Part shown: positions 1 through 13,718 of the stretch, one piece after another
Layout: each line of letters begins with the position of its first letter
Numbering within the stretch: the stretch's first letter is position 1
Position numbers and translations under genes: made by a program
Notes under the pieces: model-generated
The model's input: only the letters and a program-made list of their open reading frames with translations
Told to the model about the DNA's origin: nothing
The model's database searches: none
DNA from: Octopus sinensis
Taxonomy: Eukaryota
Assembly (NCBI RefSeq): GCF_006345805.1
Contig: NC_042997.1
Location: forward strand, 118,668,001 to 118,732,000
Length of the DNA stretch: 64,000 bases
Direction: 5' to 3'

Positions 1-600
1 TTCTGACCCATGGTGTTCCTTTGCAAACAACCTCGTGGATCGTCTGTTAACTCTGTGTAAAGAAGTAACGAGGCATCACATATCCGTCATTGCTGACAAC
101 ACCGAAAACCATGACAGTTGCAGGAAATTTTGTATGCATAACACTTGTAACTTCAGAAGGGTCTGCACATAACCATTTGTCATTTCTTCTGTTAACTTTT
201 TGATCTTGATCGCACTTTTTCCCATTTGAGAAATACCAAATCAAGTCTTCTGCTGGATTTTTCAGTTAGTTTAAGAGGCTTTAAGACCTGATGTAGTGAT
301 TTGTTTTGCTTTTTTCTGACAAATTGACCTTTCCTCATCATATAAGACTTATATCTGATGTCTTCGTGGACTCCATTTCTGACTGTTCCTTCTGACACAC
401 GGACAACTTTTGCAACTGACCTCATGGACTTCCTGGAATTGTACTCAATGGTCTGTTTAACTTATTGGATAATTTCAAGTGTTCTGATTATTTCAGAGCG
501 TTTAGAATGCGTTTTATGGTTTGATACTGGTGATACATTTCCATCATCAGTATCTACCCCCTTACAAACTTTACAGACAAAAGATCTGGCAAATTTATAA
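1..600 (-). pseudogene. Tc1/mariner transposase relic (N-terminal/HTH to first catalytic-D region; DD37D/maT-like by inference), truncated by window start
   Basis: Overlapping minus ORFs 192-425 (MRSVAKVVRVSEGTVRNGVHEDIRYKSYMMRKGQF) and 47-244 (WYFSNGKKCDQDQKVNRRNDKWL...HTKFPATVMVFGVVSNDG) join by frameshift into a typical Tc1/mariner sequence. Confidence 0.8.
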
Positions 601-1029
601 ATCGAGATATTTCTAAATCGCTATGCTCAGCCTTTATAATCACAATAACAGCATGCTTCTTCATTTCGCGAGTAAGCTGAGGGTCTGCCATTATTATTTT
701 CTGAAACGAAGATTATACAGAGTTAGTAAAAAATACAGCAATGACCCAAAAACATATGCCCACAAAAACATTACGCACCCTCTGTATGTATATATATATA
801 TATATATCGTTTTGTGATTTGGTTTGCAATATTCATTATATGAGTTCGTGTGTTGAAGCATATTCTGTTGTGTCTGGGGAGAGTCAATTTCTTTTTGTGC
901 GTTATAACGTAACACACTCACCGGTAAAATTTCCACTTTTTTCTTATTTTTATTTTCCTAAAATTTTCGTTGCGTCTTGCAACCTTTTCAATAGTTTTCA
1001 CTCTGTCCTATATTTACACTGCAACACAA

Positions 1030-1651
1030 CTTCCCCGAAAATACTGCCTTACATATTTACATACAACCTCAGAAACAAAGAAGCTTTCACTATCATTATC
1101 CAGAATTTACCGATGCTTCATAAGGACCCCAAATTACAGGAAATTCTAAACATACATAAAATCATTAAAAGCCACAAACAACCTAAATCACTAAAAAAGA
1201 TCCTCACAAAGGCAAAATTGCTTTTTGAAATAACGGATGCCAAAGTAAAAAAAAATGTGTTTGACCAAATTGCGCAACATGCCCAAACCTTCTAGAACGA
1301 TCAGAATTCCTCTTCAAAGAGGGACAAAAATTCAAAATCAAATCGAATTTTACTTGTGCTTCAGAAAACCTAATTTATGTCATAAGATGCTCGGGCTGCC
1401 ACCAAAACTACATAGGCTCCACGGGATTATCGCTCAGACGCAGATGCACTGCTCATCGACAACAGATTGCATTCCCAGAATACAGAATGATACTCTTTAG
1501 TGAACATATTGAGAAATGTGCACAGCAACTACTACCACAATTTTTAATCTTTCCATTCTATCAATGTGCTATTGGAATACCAACACAAATTAGATTAAAT
1601 AAGGAAACATTCTTCATTGAAAATTATAAACCAAAACTTAAACATTTCTAA
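1030..1651 (+). pseudogene. Penelope-like element: linker + C-terminal GIY-YIG endonuclease relic
   Basis: ILPYIFTYN...KSHKQPKSLKKILTKAK, frameshift in an A9 run (~1,247-1,255), then KCV*PNCATCP...ENLIYVIRCSGCHQNYIGSTGLSLRRRCTAHRQQI...RLNKETFFIENYKPKLKHF* (stop 1,649-1,651). Confidence 0.85.
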
Positions 1652-1928
1652 CATTTGTATACAAGGAAACTCATCTCATTGAAAAAGATATAAAGCGATT
1701 ATCTCCCCCATACCTGAAGAAATCCCTGATTACCTTCCCCTGCCTGGAACTCTTCACTTCATAGCGACGAAGACAAGACACGATGTTGGTAAAGAAATTT
1801 GAGAAATTTGAAAAGAAAATACGAAACCGCTTATTTCTCCCAAATCTATGTTACTATACCCAAAATTTTTCTAACATAACGACCTAATATATTCTTTAAC
1901 CTTATAACACAAGCCTTCTGTAGTTTTT
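1652..1928 (+). mobile_element. 3' non-coding (pLTR) region of the PLE at 1,030-1,651
   Basis: Directly follows the GIY-YIG stop and ends at an (AT)n tract; clearly homologous to the inverted-repeat module at 38,136-38,649 (aagcgattatctcc..., gaaaccg.ttatttct, acaagccttctgtagttttttcact). Confidence 0.7.
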
Positions 1929-1937
1929 TCACTCTTT

Positions 1938-1996
<59 letters not shown>

Positions 1997-4657
1997 TAAG
2001 TTTGAAAAGGGAGAGACTCAATGGAGAGATTCAATGGATATAAATTAATTTATTAATTATTTACAATTGTTTCCCTTCGCACTAAAAACATACATAATAA
2101 TATTAGTTTGCTTTTTGAGTATTCTGGTCAAAAAGGACATTATAGAGTTTAAGTTTTGATCAGTTGAAATACTCCAGCACAAACATACATACACACACAC
2201 ACTATACACACACACGCATAAATGCATATATGTTCGCGCGCGTGTGCATATATATTCATTATTTTTTTTAATTTTCGAATTTTCATAATTTACAATTATA
2301 CGTGAATTTATTACAATTATAATTTACAATTCTTTGCAATGATATGTGAATTTTATTTGTTTTTTTTTTAAATATTATATTTTATTTTTATTCGTGACCT
2401 AATATTCTTTCTCTCTATGAACTAGCCACTTCTGCTAGTGCTTTCTCAACTTCCTCATGTTCATATTATGATTCCTGATTTTTTATTTCATTCCATGTGC
2501 CATTAATGTTTCTAATAGACTTCACTCCCAATGTGAGATAGCAGGAATGACCCGATAGCAGGAATGACCCGATATTAGATTTAAATTGACCACGAGCGTA
2601 AGAGCCCTATATTAAATTTCTATACACCAACTCGATAGTCTTTGACCTGAAAATAAAACGGATATTTTTGAGTGTGATGCCCCAGTGTCACACACTAATG
2701 TTTATATTACTCTCTCCTTTCTGATTTCTTGCCATCGCTTGCATCTTCTTCCATCTCATGCCTCCCTTCACTTTTCTTTCTCTCCCTTTCCCACTCCATT
2801 TTCTATCCCATTGCATCCTTTAAGTCCTTCTTTCCCAACTCATCACTTCTCTTCTTTTCTCTTTGTCTTTCTTCCTCTCTCTTTATATGTATTGCTTCTC
2901 TTCGTTCCCCTTCCATGCACGTATCGTTCCTTATGTGTCCTCCTTCGTTCTCGCCAAAAAACGACTCTGGTGAGGGTAACTTTAATTTTTTAACGGACCT
3001 CAAATGACTACTGGAAAGTGTTATAAGTCAATTTTAATGCAGTAAAGAAATATGTACTGACAATTATATATATATGATATATGGGTGTGTGCGTGCCTGC
3101 GTGTGCCTGTGTGTATACATTATTGATTCTCCCAGTGACTGTGAAGCGTGATAAGTCGGACATACACTTTGAACGAACATGTAGAGGGACAAATGATTGT
3201 ACAAACACGTGTGCTCTTAATGATTTTCTTAAGCAGAATCGAAGTGAGAAGGCGATAAATGTTGACATTTGAATTTAAACTGCAGTTCTTTCGGTATGCT
3301 TCTAAATAATCTCTGTCCACCTAATGTCATTCATAAAATTTGGGACTTCCTGAGGTTTTGGTAAATACACTTCAGAAGACAGTAGTTTTATCGAAATTGG
3401 GAGTATAGTGATTGCAATGCGAAATTATTAATAATTAATTTATGCCTGCATCCGCAGACACACAGCAAATACAAGTTCAAAATGCATATATCTATATGGA
3501 CACTGAATGCCATACATAGATTAAATATATATATCTGCAACAGCATAGCCACAGCCTCTGGGCTGAAACACAAAGGCTAAAAGGATAAAACAATATATAT
3601 ATATGTATACATGGGTGTGTATGCATTTGTTAAATGTTTTACATATATACATATATGTGTGTGTGTGTGTGTGTGTGTGCATTTATCTATCTATAAATGT
3701 ATTTATATTTCTATCTATTTATCTATATATGGATACATTCATATAGTGGTATGTAAGTGTATATATGCACAGATACACAGAGAGACACAAACACACACAT
3801 ATTCACAGGAAAGTGTTCTTTATCGTCGACCAATGAGAAAGGAAATACAATTCTTGGAGAAGAATTCAAAATGCGATGATTAACGATCGGAGAATGAAAT
3901 AAAAAAAGAACGGTACTTCCGGAAAATGAAAGCTATTTCCGGTGAGTATATCAGACCACAACAGTACGAAGGTACATTTTATATTTAAATGCATACATTT
4001 ATATTGAAGCTTCATTTATCTTAAACAAGGTGAGACAGAATACATTATTGATTTTCCCCTACCATTTAGCTGTAAAGTTTCTTTGCTATAATGCCCTAGA
4101 CAAATGTATCCATGCTTGCATTTTTTATGTGTTCTAACGTGTGGGTATGAATATATATATACTTACATATATAATGCACACATGCATAGATTCATTCATA
4201 CATACGTACTTGCATACGAATCCACGATGGTACACATATACACAGTCATTCACAACAGGTATACCTTACTCTTTATATTGTTTCAGTCATTAGACTACGC
4301 CCATGCTGTAGCACTATCTTGAAGTATGTTGTCGATCACTACGTATTTTGAAGTCAGGCAGTTATCCTATTGTTCTATTTTGCAAGTATATGCACGGTTA
4401 TATATATGCACGGGTTCCGTGCATATAAAAAGAAAACAGAAGTTTAAAGAATTATGCGGAATGAGTGGATATACCCGGGTCTTCACCGACCACATGTTTG
4501 GAGTCTATTAACAGTGCGTATTCCGGTGGGAACTGCATTGATTCCCTCTTTCTAATGATGGATACTGTGAGTTGGAGGAATATAAAGGCTAAAACATTGA
4601 CCAGAATGTAATAAGCTAAAAACAAAACATGCGAAAATCTGTAACACTGATGAAACC

Positions 4658-4901
4658 TCTTTTACTCTTTTAGTCTTCTAGTTGTTTCAGTTATTTGACT
4701 GTGGCCATGCTGGAGCACCGCCTTTAGTCGAGCAAATCTACCCCAGGACTTATTCTTTGTAAGCCCAGTTCTTATTCTATCGTGCTGTTTCACCGAATCG
4801 CTAAGTTATGTAAACACACCAGCATCGGTTGTCAAGTGATGTGGGGGGGGGGGCAAACACAGACACACAAACATACACACACGCGTATATATATATACAT
4901 T

Positions 4902-4976
<75 letters not shown>

Positions 4977-5170
4977 CATATATATATATATATATATATC
5001 CATATATACGATGGGCTTCTTTCAGTTTCTGTCTACCAAATCCACTCACAAGGCTTTGGTCGGCCCGCGGCTATAGTAGAAGACATTTGCCCAAGGTGCC
5101 ACGCAGTCGGACTGAACCCGGAACCATGTGGATGGTAAGCAAGCTACTTACCACACAGGCACTCCTGCGT
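4658..5170 (-). mobile_element. tRNA-derived SINE, family B (internal AT/AC microsatellite)
   Basis: Reverse complement of the copy at 52,770-53,219; head aggagtgcctgtgtggtaagtagcttgc...ccgggttcagtcc. Confidence 0.85.
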
Positions 5171-5356
5171 ATAATAATTTTTCTATTCTAGGCACAAGGC
5201 CTGAAATTATTGGTGGAGGGAGGCCAGTCGATTAGATCGACCCCAGTATGCAACTGGTATTTAATTTATCGACCCCGAAAAGATGCAAAGCAAAGTCAAC
5301 CTCGGCGGACTTCGAGATGAAATACCGCTCAACATTTCTGCCAGCTCACCGCCCTG
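5171..5356 (-). mobile_element. tRNA-derived SINE, family A (Meta-domain-like core)
   Basis: Contains the block gtcgactttgcctttcatcctttcggggtcgataaa...agtacc (reverse) shared by many copies in the window. Confidence 0.8.
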
Positions 5357-5439
5357 AAAGCTGCATATAATGATATAAGCTATTCCTTGCCAAACATTCC
5401 CTTTGAGTATCGCAATCGTGTAAATATGGAATATAAAAA

Positions 5440-5696
5440 TAAAATAATAAATGTGCCCTTTTAAAGTCTAGCCAGGCTCAAGGGCCCGGTTTCCTGGTTT
5501 TAATGGCGTATATGTTCCCCAGTTGGACAGGACTCCAGTCTATCGCAGCGTTACCCATTTTGGCCAGCTGAGTGAACTGGAGCAACGTGAAATGAAGTGT
5601 TTTGCTCAAGAACACAACGCGTCGCCCAGTCCAGGAATACGAAACCACAATCCTACGATCATGATGCTGACACCCTAACCACTAAGCCACGCGCCT
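5440..5696 (-). mobile_element. tRNA-derived SINE, family C (V-domain-like)
   Basis: Head aggcgcgtggcttagtggttagggtg...ggtttcg.attcc; body ttgtgttcttgagcaaaacact...gctgcgatagactgg; homolog at 32,785-33,042. Confidence 0.8.
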
Positions 5697-6896
5697 AAAT
5701 ATGGAATATATCTCGCTAGAAATTTATATATTTTGTGGTTTATATATTCTGAAACCTAAATTATTCTGGTACATATGATAATCTTATTAGAGTAATTATA
5801 TTCGATAATATATTGAGTCGATCAAAATATACGTTCTTTGGACACATGTGTAAAATAGATAGTGATGAAATCATAAATATGTAAGGTATGTAAGATAGTT
5901 GAAATAGGAGAAAATGTAATTATTACAACAGGAAGACGAAATATTTGTCTGAAAAGGTAAGATTTATACACTGCATAATGAAAAGCACGGAAATGGAACA
6001 TATATATAATTAGAGATCTGTTCTATTAAGAAAAAAATGAGACTTTTGCAGCTGCAAACACTGCTGAAATTCATTGTGCAACACAATCAAACAATAATAA
6101 TAACGTTTGTAGCGTTTCGAAAACAGCAAAATAAACCAAGTGATCAAAATAAAATAATGAGATCAGCAAAAACAACAGTGAAAAGAAACCAAGTGAAAAT
6201 AAAAGGACGCAAAAATTAACAAAATCGACCGCACAGTAATGAAAATATACATAGAAAAGAAAAACCGTTTGTGGAAAAAAAATCTATTACTAAAAAGCAT
6301 TGCTTTCAATATGGAAGTAAATCTCTCACATCATTAATTTAAGATTTGCGTTGTAGGTGAACATCATACCACTATCTCACTGTTCTGACCTCGTAAACAT
6401 AGAGCAAATTACATCTAAGCTGGAGAAAATATGTATGATTAAGTACTTTTGCTCTGGACTATAATTTTCATTTGAAATGTTCAGCCTTTCGGATTAATGT
6501 CCATGTTAAATGTATTCTTTTAATACATTCTACGTTCATTGTTTCTCTTTAATTCACAAATCTAAGATTGAAAAAATTCTAATAAGATGTATTTTTTCTC
6601 ACTCTATTATTTCAGATGTTTTTCATTCAAATTGAAAGATCGATATATGAAGTCAATAGTGGATGTTCTTCCGCAAAATGTAAAAATTTATTTTTAAATA
6701 TTTTAAATAAATAAAAATAAAACAAAACAACATACTGTACATTTGCAGAGAAATCGATTATTGCTGATTGCGAATATTTAAGATTGAGCGAAATGATATA
6801 TATTATCTAAGGAATTCTACTATAAAAATTATCTGTTTCGACATTGTTTAGAATATTCTGCTCGAGCTAAGTGATATAAATAAAAAAAATCAAGTA

Positions 6897-6936
<40 letters not shown>

Positions 6937-7011
6937 CATATATAAACATACATACATACATAAATATAATATATATATATACATATATAAAATAAATATA
7001 TATATATACAT

Positions 7012-7108
<97 letters not shown>

Positions 7109-7437
7109 CATATGTATTGTATAAAGTTCGATGAAAAACGGCGAGAAGAGGCGAGTAATATTTATAAATTATTACTTCGAAATGGTAAAGTTCTTTCTTG
7201 CTGTGAAGAAAATATATTTCCTGTCTAGTGTACAATTAATAATGAAGCAATGTATTATTGGTGTGTATAAACTATTTTCAAAAGAAATTAAGGTAAAGTT
7301 ATGTATAACCAGATCAACTTTCGTTGGGGAAAACGTGTTACCAAATGAATATAATTCTCATTTAGTATTCCATTCTCTGTAGCACTTGTAGCAACATTGG
7401 TGTCATATATTGGTATGTAATTGTATACATATAAGCA

Positions 7438-7590
7438 AGGCGGAATCACGCAGAATCATCAACGCGTCGAACGAAATGCTTAACGGTTTTCCGGTTGTTT
7501 ACGTTCTGTTATGTCGACTTTGCATTTCACCATTTCGTGTCGATAAAATAAGTACCAATCAAGTGCTGGGAGTAATAATTCAACGTAACT
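7438..7590 (+). mobile_element. Old SINE family A copy
   Basis: gtcgactttgcatttcaccatttcgtgtcgataaaataagtacc core. Confidence 0.65.
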
Positions 7591-7640
7591 TATCTCACAA
7601 AATTTGCTGGCATTGTGCCAATATTTTAAAAATCATATAT

Positions 7641-7706
<66 letters not shown>

Positions 7707-7721
7707 GGTATGTATATGGTA

Positions 7722-7922
7722 GAGTGTCTGTGTTTGTTCCTCCACCATCACTTGACGACTGATGTTGGTGTGTTTACGTCCCCGTGATACAGTGGTTCGG
7801 CAAAAGATACTGATAGAATAAGCACCAGGCTTACAAAGAATAAGTTCTGGGGTCGATTTGTTCGACTAAATATATATATATATGCTCCAGCTTGGCCGCA
7901 GACTGAAGCAAATAAAAGAATA
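7722..7922 (+). mobile_element. SINE family B, 3' half
   Basis: cacttgacgactgatgttggtgtgtttacgtcccc...gatagaataagcaccaggcttacaaagaataag. Confidence 0.75.
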
Positions 7923-8063
7923 TGAAAAACTACATGTGATATCTAGTTTGAAACATCATATGTTCTGATGTTCAAATTATTTTGACTTGAAGTGGGCTTA
8001 CTTTCGTCTTGGTTTTGTGTTGCAATAGGAAAGGAAAAAAGCAAATTAGCATTATAGACATAT

Positions 8064-8111
<48 letters not shown>

Positions 8112-8112
8112 C

Positions 8113-8194
<82 letters not shown>

Positions 8195-8269
8195 ATATAA
8201 TATATATATATATTATATATATTATATATATATATTATATATATATATATATATGATGAGAATTTAACA

Positions 8270-8400
8270 AAAAAAGTGTCGAAGACGGCGTGTAAACAAC
8301 AAACAGATATATTAGTTTAATGCTCGTGAAGTGAGAAAGTCTTTTACGTCTCGAGTCTACACTCTTCGACAGAAAGGAACACAGAATTAGAAAAAGGCTT
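8270..8400 (-). mobile_element. pLTR-type module with degenerate hammerhead (8,375-8,341)
   Basis: Minus strand TTT-CTGTCGA-A-GAG-tgtaga-CTC-GAGAC-GTA-AAAG; same family as 60,560-60,740; abuts (AT)n. Confidence 0.55.
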
Positions 8401-9214
8401 AATGGCTAGCTATCTATCATTGCGAATGCCAGACGGCGGGGTCACACAGGAGAGCTAGGAAGAAGGGGGTATAATAAAGTAGTGCCGATCCCAAAAGGAA
8501 TCTGCGCGTGCGTGAGCATGTGAAAGCGTGTATTTGCATGTGGAAGGGGGTTGGTGAAATTGACGTGTGCGTAAATATATTTAAAGGAAATAATCAATAA
8601 ATTTTTCCTTAAGTTTTTTCACGTTAACTACTTGATAATTTCTTGATAGGATAAATATTTCATCCTATTTTTAAAATTGCAAATTTAACCGCAATATATT
8701 CAGTGCTAAATTTTATTCTGAATAATCACGTGTACCGAGATGCAATTCGAAAAGCCCGCCATTTACATAGATATGGAAGTGTGAATAATTCTATGTACTG
8801 TGCTGGATACATTTGGTGTTCGTCTGGTATGTTGGTTGTTTCATAATTTTTTATGTGTCTTGATTATGCATGCACTGGCGATTAAAAAGTGCATTTTGGT
8901 ACTACTTATGAAATCATATGATCTGCAGCAGAATCTGTATTTAAGAGGCTCGCATCGATAGTTGCATTCTTTCCCGTTCTATACAATGTGTTTATTATGG
9001 TTGTTTTGACTTTAAGAGACCCTCCCAGCGTGAGGCATTTATGTATAATAATGCCCTTTATATGTATGTATATATATATATAAGACGAGAGTAGAGGAAG
9101 CGGGGATTGAAACCATGTCTCCCTATTGAGTTCCTGAATTTCACATTCCAATCAAGAGGCATCATGTTCTGACGTAACACAATAGATTTCTAATTAATTT
9201 TCTATATGCAGTAA

Positions 9215-9912
9215 CGTTGGCTTCCTAATTTGGCACAGGGCCAGCATTTTCAGGTGATGTGCTAAGTTATTTGATTACATTGTTGTTTGATTACCAGTAC
9301 TAAACTGGTACTTATTTTACCAGCCCTGTTAGGATGAAAGGCAAAGTGGACCTCGGGGAATTTGAACTCAGAACGTAAAGACGTACCAAATGCTGCTAAG
9401 TATTCTTTTCTACTCTAGGTACAAGGCCCGAAATTTTGGGGGAGGGGACAGTCGATTAGCTCGATTCCAGTACGCAACTGGTACTTAATTTGTCGACCCC
9501 GAAAGCATGAAAGGCAAAGTCGACCTCGGCGGAATTTGAACTCAGAACGTAAAGACAGACAAAATACCGCTAAGCATTTCGCCCGGCGTGCTAACGCTTC
9601 TGCCAGCTCGCCTCCTTAATGCATATTTCTTTACTACCCACAAAGAGCTTAACACAGAGAGGATAAACATAGACACACAAACGGATTAAGTCGATTATAT
9701 CGACCCCAATGTGTAACTAGTATTTATTTAATCGACTCCGAAAGGATGAAAAGCAGAGTCGACCTCGGCGGAATTTGAACTCAGAACGTAGCGGCAGACG
9801 ACATACCGCTAAGCATTTGGCCCGGCGTGCTAACGTTTCTGCCAGCTCGCGGCCTTAATGCCGCTAAGTATCATGCTTGGAGTGTTAACGATTCTGCCTG
9901 TTTGCTGCCTTA
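9215..9912 (-). mobile_element. Nested cluster of three family A SINEs
   Basis: Older copy (9,215-9,403, resumes 9,857-9,912) interrupted by two younger copies; duplicated target aatgcYgctaagtat at 9,389-9,403 and 9,857-9,871. Confidence 0.8.
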
Positions 9913-11712
9913 ATGTGAAATAATATCAAAATCACGTTGATGACTTGGTCTTTAATTCACTAGTTCGCATGTTTGACAGTAACATCTGTTAATTCGACCA
10001 GTTAAAGTGATTAATTCCTTAAATAAAATAAGTACAATGAATGACAAACAACAGTCACCTCACTAAACCAACAAATGAATTGCAAAGACAAATGGCAGGT
10101 CTCGCTAGTCATGCTTTTCTAAATGATATTATTGCTTTTCTAAATGGTATTATTGCTATTGCAATTGAAGTAAACAGTCATTAGATGGAAATGGAAACTA
10201 GACAAGAAGTCTCAAGTCTTTGGCTGTGATCTTAATTCCCTCACATCTAAGCTAATCTTATTACGAAATGATTAATACGTGTTTGTGTATAAATATTAAA
10301 GTGTCTGTCATGATGTAGAGGAGTGTCAACAAGAAACTCAGACGCCACTCAATTCGAATTTCGAAGAAACATTTAATATATTAACCATGAACACATCAAT
10401 TCTTACAAATGATGATAAATAACTGCAATAGCCTGCCAAAATCTGATGAAGAATGCTATAAGATTGAAAGTTTTGCAGAATTACTTAGATATATTATGGC
10501 AAAGATATCAATATTAGATATCGTTAATGTCAACTTTTAAACCGCATTATTCGAATTACATACACGATTATGTCTGAAAGAACAGTTTTGCAATATCAAG
10601 GTTATCCACACACACACATATATATATATATTCAATAGTTGTTTCCTCCCAATCTCTGTTCACTTCATCATATTTTATAGCAATATTAATCATTTCTTAG
10701 CAAGCTCATCGTTATAATTATTCTGAATTTGAGAAGATATATTATCGCTCAAGTGCAGGGGTATCGCCTATACGGAACCTCCATATTCGAAGACTTGTCT
10801 CTCAATTAGAAAACAAATATTAAACACTACAGTGCGTTTCGATTTCGAATTCCATCTATATCAACTAGTGCACTTAACCTCCTGGGGTAAATAAAATAAG
10901 TAACAACAAGGAAGACGAGACATTTGTAATCGATTTTACATTCATATGAATATTTAACGCTTATACATATGCCAGATATCAATTAAAACACTTGCATACT
11001 TTAACTTCTACTAAAAGGTTTGGGAAGCTTTCACCTCAACTGAACTGAATACTCCCATACATTTAACTTTAGACCACTCTGCTACCTTGCACTTTATGAC
11101 TATTAACCTTTAACATCATCAATTGATGCTTCATTAAAGAATAGCGGATGCCATCAATCAACGTTTCAAAAATTTTACAAGTATACGGCCATTATCAGTT
11201 GATACCTGGGTGACTACTTTGAAAAGTGCGTCTATGGGACAAATCAAGTGACATAATGAAGATTTATACAGCGAGTAAGATTTTTTTAACTTACTTCATC
11301 ATCAGGTGAGATATATCATGATGATGATGTCCTGGATGGCACAGAACAACACGGTGCTTTAATTAGCTTTGGACGGAAAATGTATCCGAATTTTTTTTTT
11401 TTGCATCTGTTCATATGTTTGACAAGAATAATATCGAATGAATTTATACTCACGAGGGATGCAAAAGAACTTGCATATTTTTACGGCATTTTTCTATAAT
11501 GAGATTGTAAAATTTATTATGCAAGAGATTCATAATTATTTTAAGTTTGCATTTATTTATAGTGAAAATATTATTAAAAATTACCCTTAAGTTTTTCAAG
11601 ACGGTTTTTCAAGCCATTTCCCGTTAAAGAGTTAAACGAAATTATTTTTATTCTCTATAAACCCTAACGTTCATATAGATTATGGTACCCTGCATATTTG
11701 GCTCATGCAGAT

Positions 11713-11724
11713 ATATAGATAGAT

Positions 11725-11806
<82 letters not shown>
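11713..11806. repeat. (GATA)n microsatellite
   Basis: Direct reading. Confidence 0.95.
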
Positions 11807-11807
<1 letters not shown>

Positions 11808-12121
11808 GGTGGAAGAAGGATTAGAATGAAGCAGATTGTCGAATTGAACGAAAATAATGGAAAGAGAAATATGAGAGAACAAGAGACAAGGGTAGGAGAG
11901 GGGCGTATGAGTGAAAGAGAGAGCGTTAGGTTTGGGTGCGAAGGCTACTTCAAGAACTACAATGGTTGGATATTTTTGATAGTAGTACTAAAGGAATGAT
12001 TGTGTGATTAAATAAATTTAGTGTTTGGGCTGCAGCGTTGAAATGGAAAACTTTCTGCATAAATTACCATCAAATGAAAAGAACACTGAGTGAAAGTGTT
12101 TCTAATTTAGTAGCATAAATA

Positions 12122-12390
12122 GACGCAGTCATGGCAGTGTTTTAAGAAGTTTGCTTTCCAATCAAATGGTACCGAGTTCTGAATGAGGAGCACTTTGGGC
12201 AAGTATCTTCTGTAATAGCTACGGGCCGACCAAAGGGTTCTAAGTGGATTTGGGAGACAGAAACTGAAAGAAGCCTTTCGCATACACACAGACACATACA
12301 TACATCTCTGTATGTATGTATGTATGTATGTATGTATGTATGTATGTATCTATCTGTCTATTCATCTATTTATCCATTTCTTTCTCTTTG

Positions 12391-12449
<59 letters not shown>

Positions 12450-12477
12450 CATACACACACACACTCACACACACACG

Positions 12478-12520
<43 letters not shown>

Positions 12521-12590
12521 GTCTACTTTTATATGTGTGTGTATTTGTGCCTGCATTTGTCCCATCACTTGAGAACCGGGGATGGTCTGC
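12122..12590 (+). mobile_element. Degenerate SINE family B with expanded internal microsatellites
   Basis: ctttgggcaagtatcttct...gggccgaccaaagg...gatttgggagacagaaactgaaagaagcc. Confidence 0.7.
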
Positions 12591-12630
12591 TCAAGTCTCC
12601 CATAAGACACACACAAACGCATACACATAG

Positions 12631-12679
<49 letters not shown>

Positions 12680-12681
<2 letters not shown>

Positions 12682-13225
12682 CTGGGTGGGCCATAATGAT
12701 GAGACACCTTTTAAATCTTGGATTAGTTGCTTGGATTACAGTACCAAATATATTTATTACATAACTGCTTTACTGGAGTTAAACATATCTGGTAGCAGGT
12801 GCTGGTGACCCTCATTATGTCATGGACTCCAAAAAGATTGCAAACGTGGTTGAAGCATATTTCATAATCAATGATCCATCGTTGCAGTCCCACCGAAAAT
12901 TCCAACACCATTTTGGATAGCGATAGGCACCATCCCTAAATGTGGTCTTGCGTGCTACTACAAACTTCCGTAAGACAGGCGGTATCGAGAAGAAAAAATC
13001 CCCAGATCAAGTATGAACATCACGTGGTAGAGAGAATAGCCAAAACGTAGGGAACGCTATTGAATAAAATCCATCCAGGTCCACTCTTCGATTGGTTCAA
13101 CAGTTAAATATTTCGCGAACCAGTTTCAGAATGATTTTAAAACAAGACCTACATATGTATCCATATAAAGTAGAGCTAATGCAGCAGTTGTTTCTACCAG
13201 ATAAGGGGAAAAGAAAGACTTTCAG
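12680..13225 (+). pseudogene. Tc1/mariner transposase N-terminal relic (DUF4817-type HTH; rosa/DD41D-like by inference)
   Basis: Conceptual translation with stops: MDSKKIANVVEAYF...RKFQHHFG*R*APSLNVVLRATTNFRKTGGIEKKKSP...NPSRSTLRLVQQLNISRTSFRMILKQDLHMYPYKVELMQQL. Confidence 0.7.
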
Positions 13226-13502
13226 TGTGATTTGTCAATATGTGTAAAGAGGAAAAGGACAAACACCATTTTATATTATTACTTCAAACAATCACCATTT
13301 TAAGTACTACTTTAAATTTAAAAAAAAAATACCATTCGATATCTTATACAAAATTCAAATTTTATATCTCTGAAGAACAGAAGAGTTGTCTATAAATGCT
13401 TATCAATATAGGATTTCATTATAGGGAAACACTTCTGTGAAACGATCGTATGATGCTTTAAATACATAATTCAAAACTTTTAAACTGTCATATATATTAT
13501 AT

Positions 13503-13585
13503 GACGGGTAGTCATGATGGGTATACTGGGTTTCGTATATTTGTACTCCAGTCTCACTTTGATGGCATACACTTAACTTTCACGC
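13503..13585 (+). mobile_element. 3' fragment of the 462-bp (AAT)n-tailed repeat
   Basis: gacgggtagtcatgatgggtatactggg...tcactttgatggcat matches 18,082-18,162; followed by (AAT)n. Confidence 0.8.
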
Positions 13586-13639
<54 letters not shown>

Positions 13640-13647
13640 TTTCACGC

Positions 13648-13718
<71 letters not shown>
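13586..13718. repeat. (AAT)n tract with a small internal duplication (actttcacgc)
   Basis: Direct reading; 5' flank of the R4/Dong element. Confidence 0.95.

Noticed and set aside
1262-1264. In-frame TGA in the Cys-rich pre-GIY-YIG motif as possible selenocysteine
   Set aside because: It falls at the basic position of C-x-R-P-x-C-x-x-C, not at a Cys, so CGA>TGA decay is simpler; the copy also has a frameshift and I identified no SECIS
2537-2574. 17-bp tandem duplication gatagcaggaatgaccc
   Set aside because: A single local slippage duplication with no associated element
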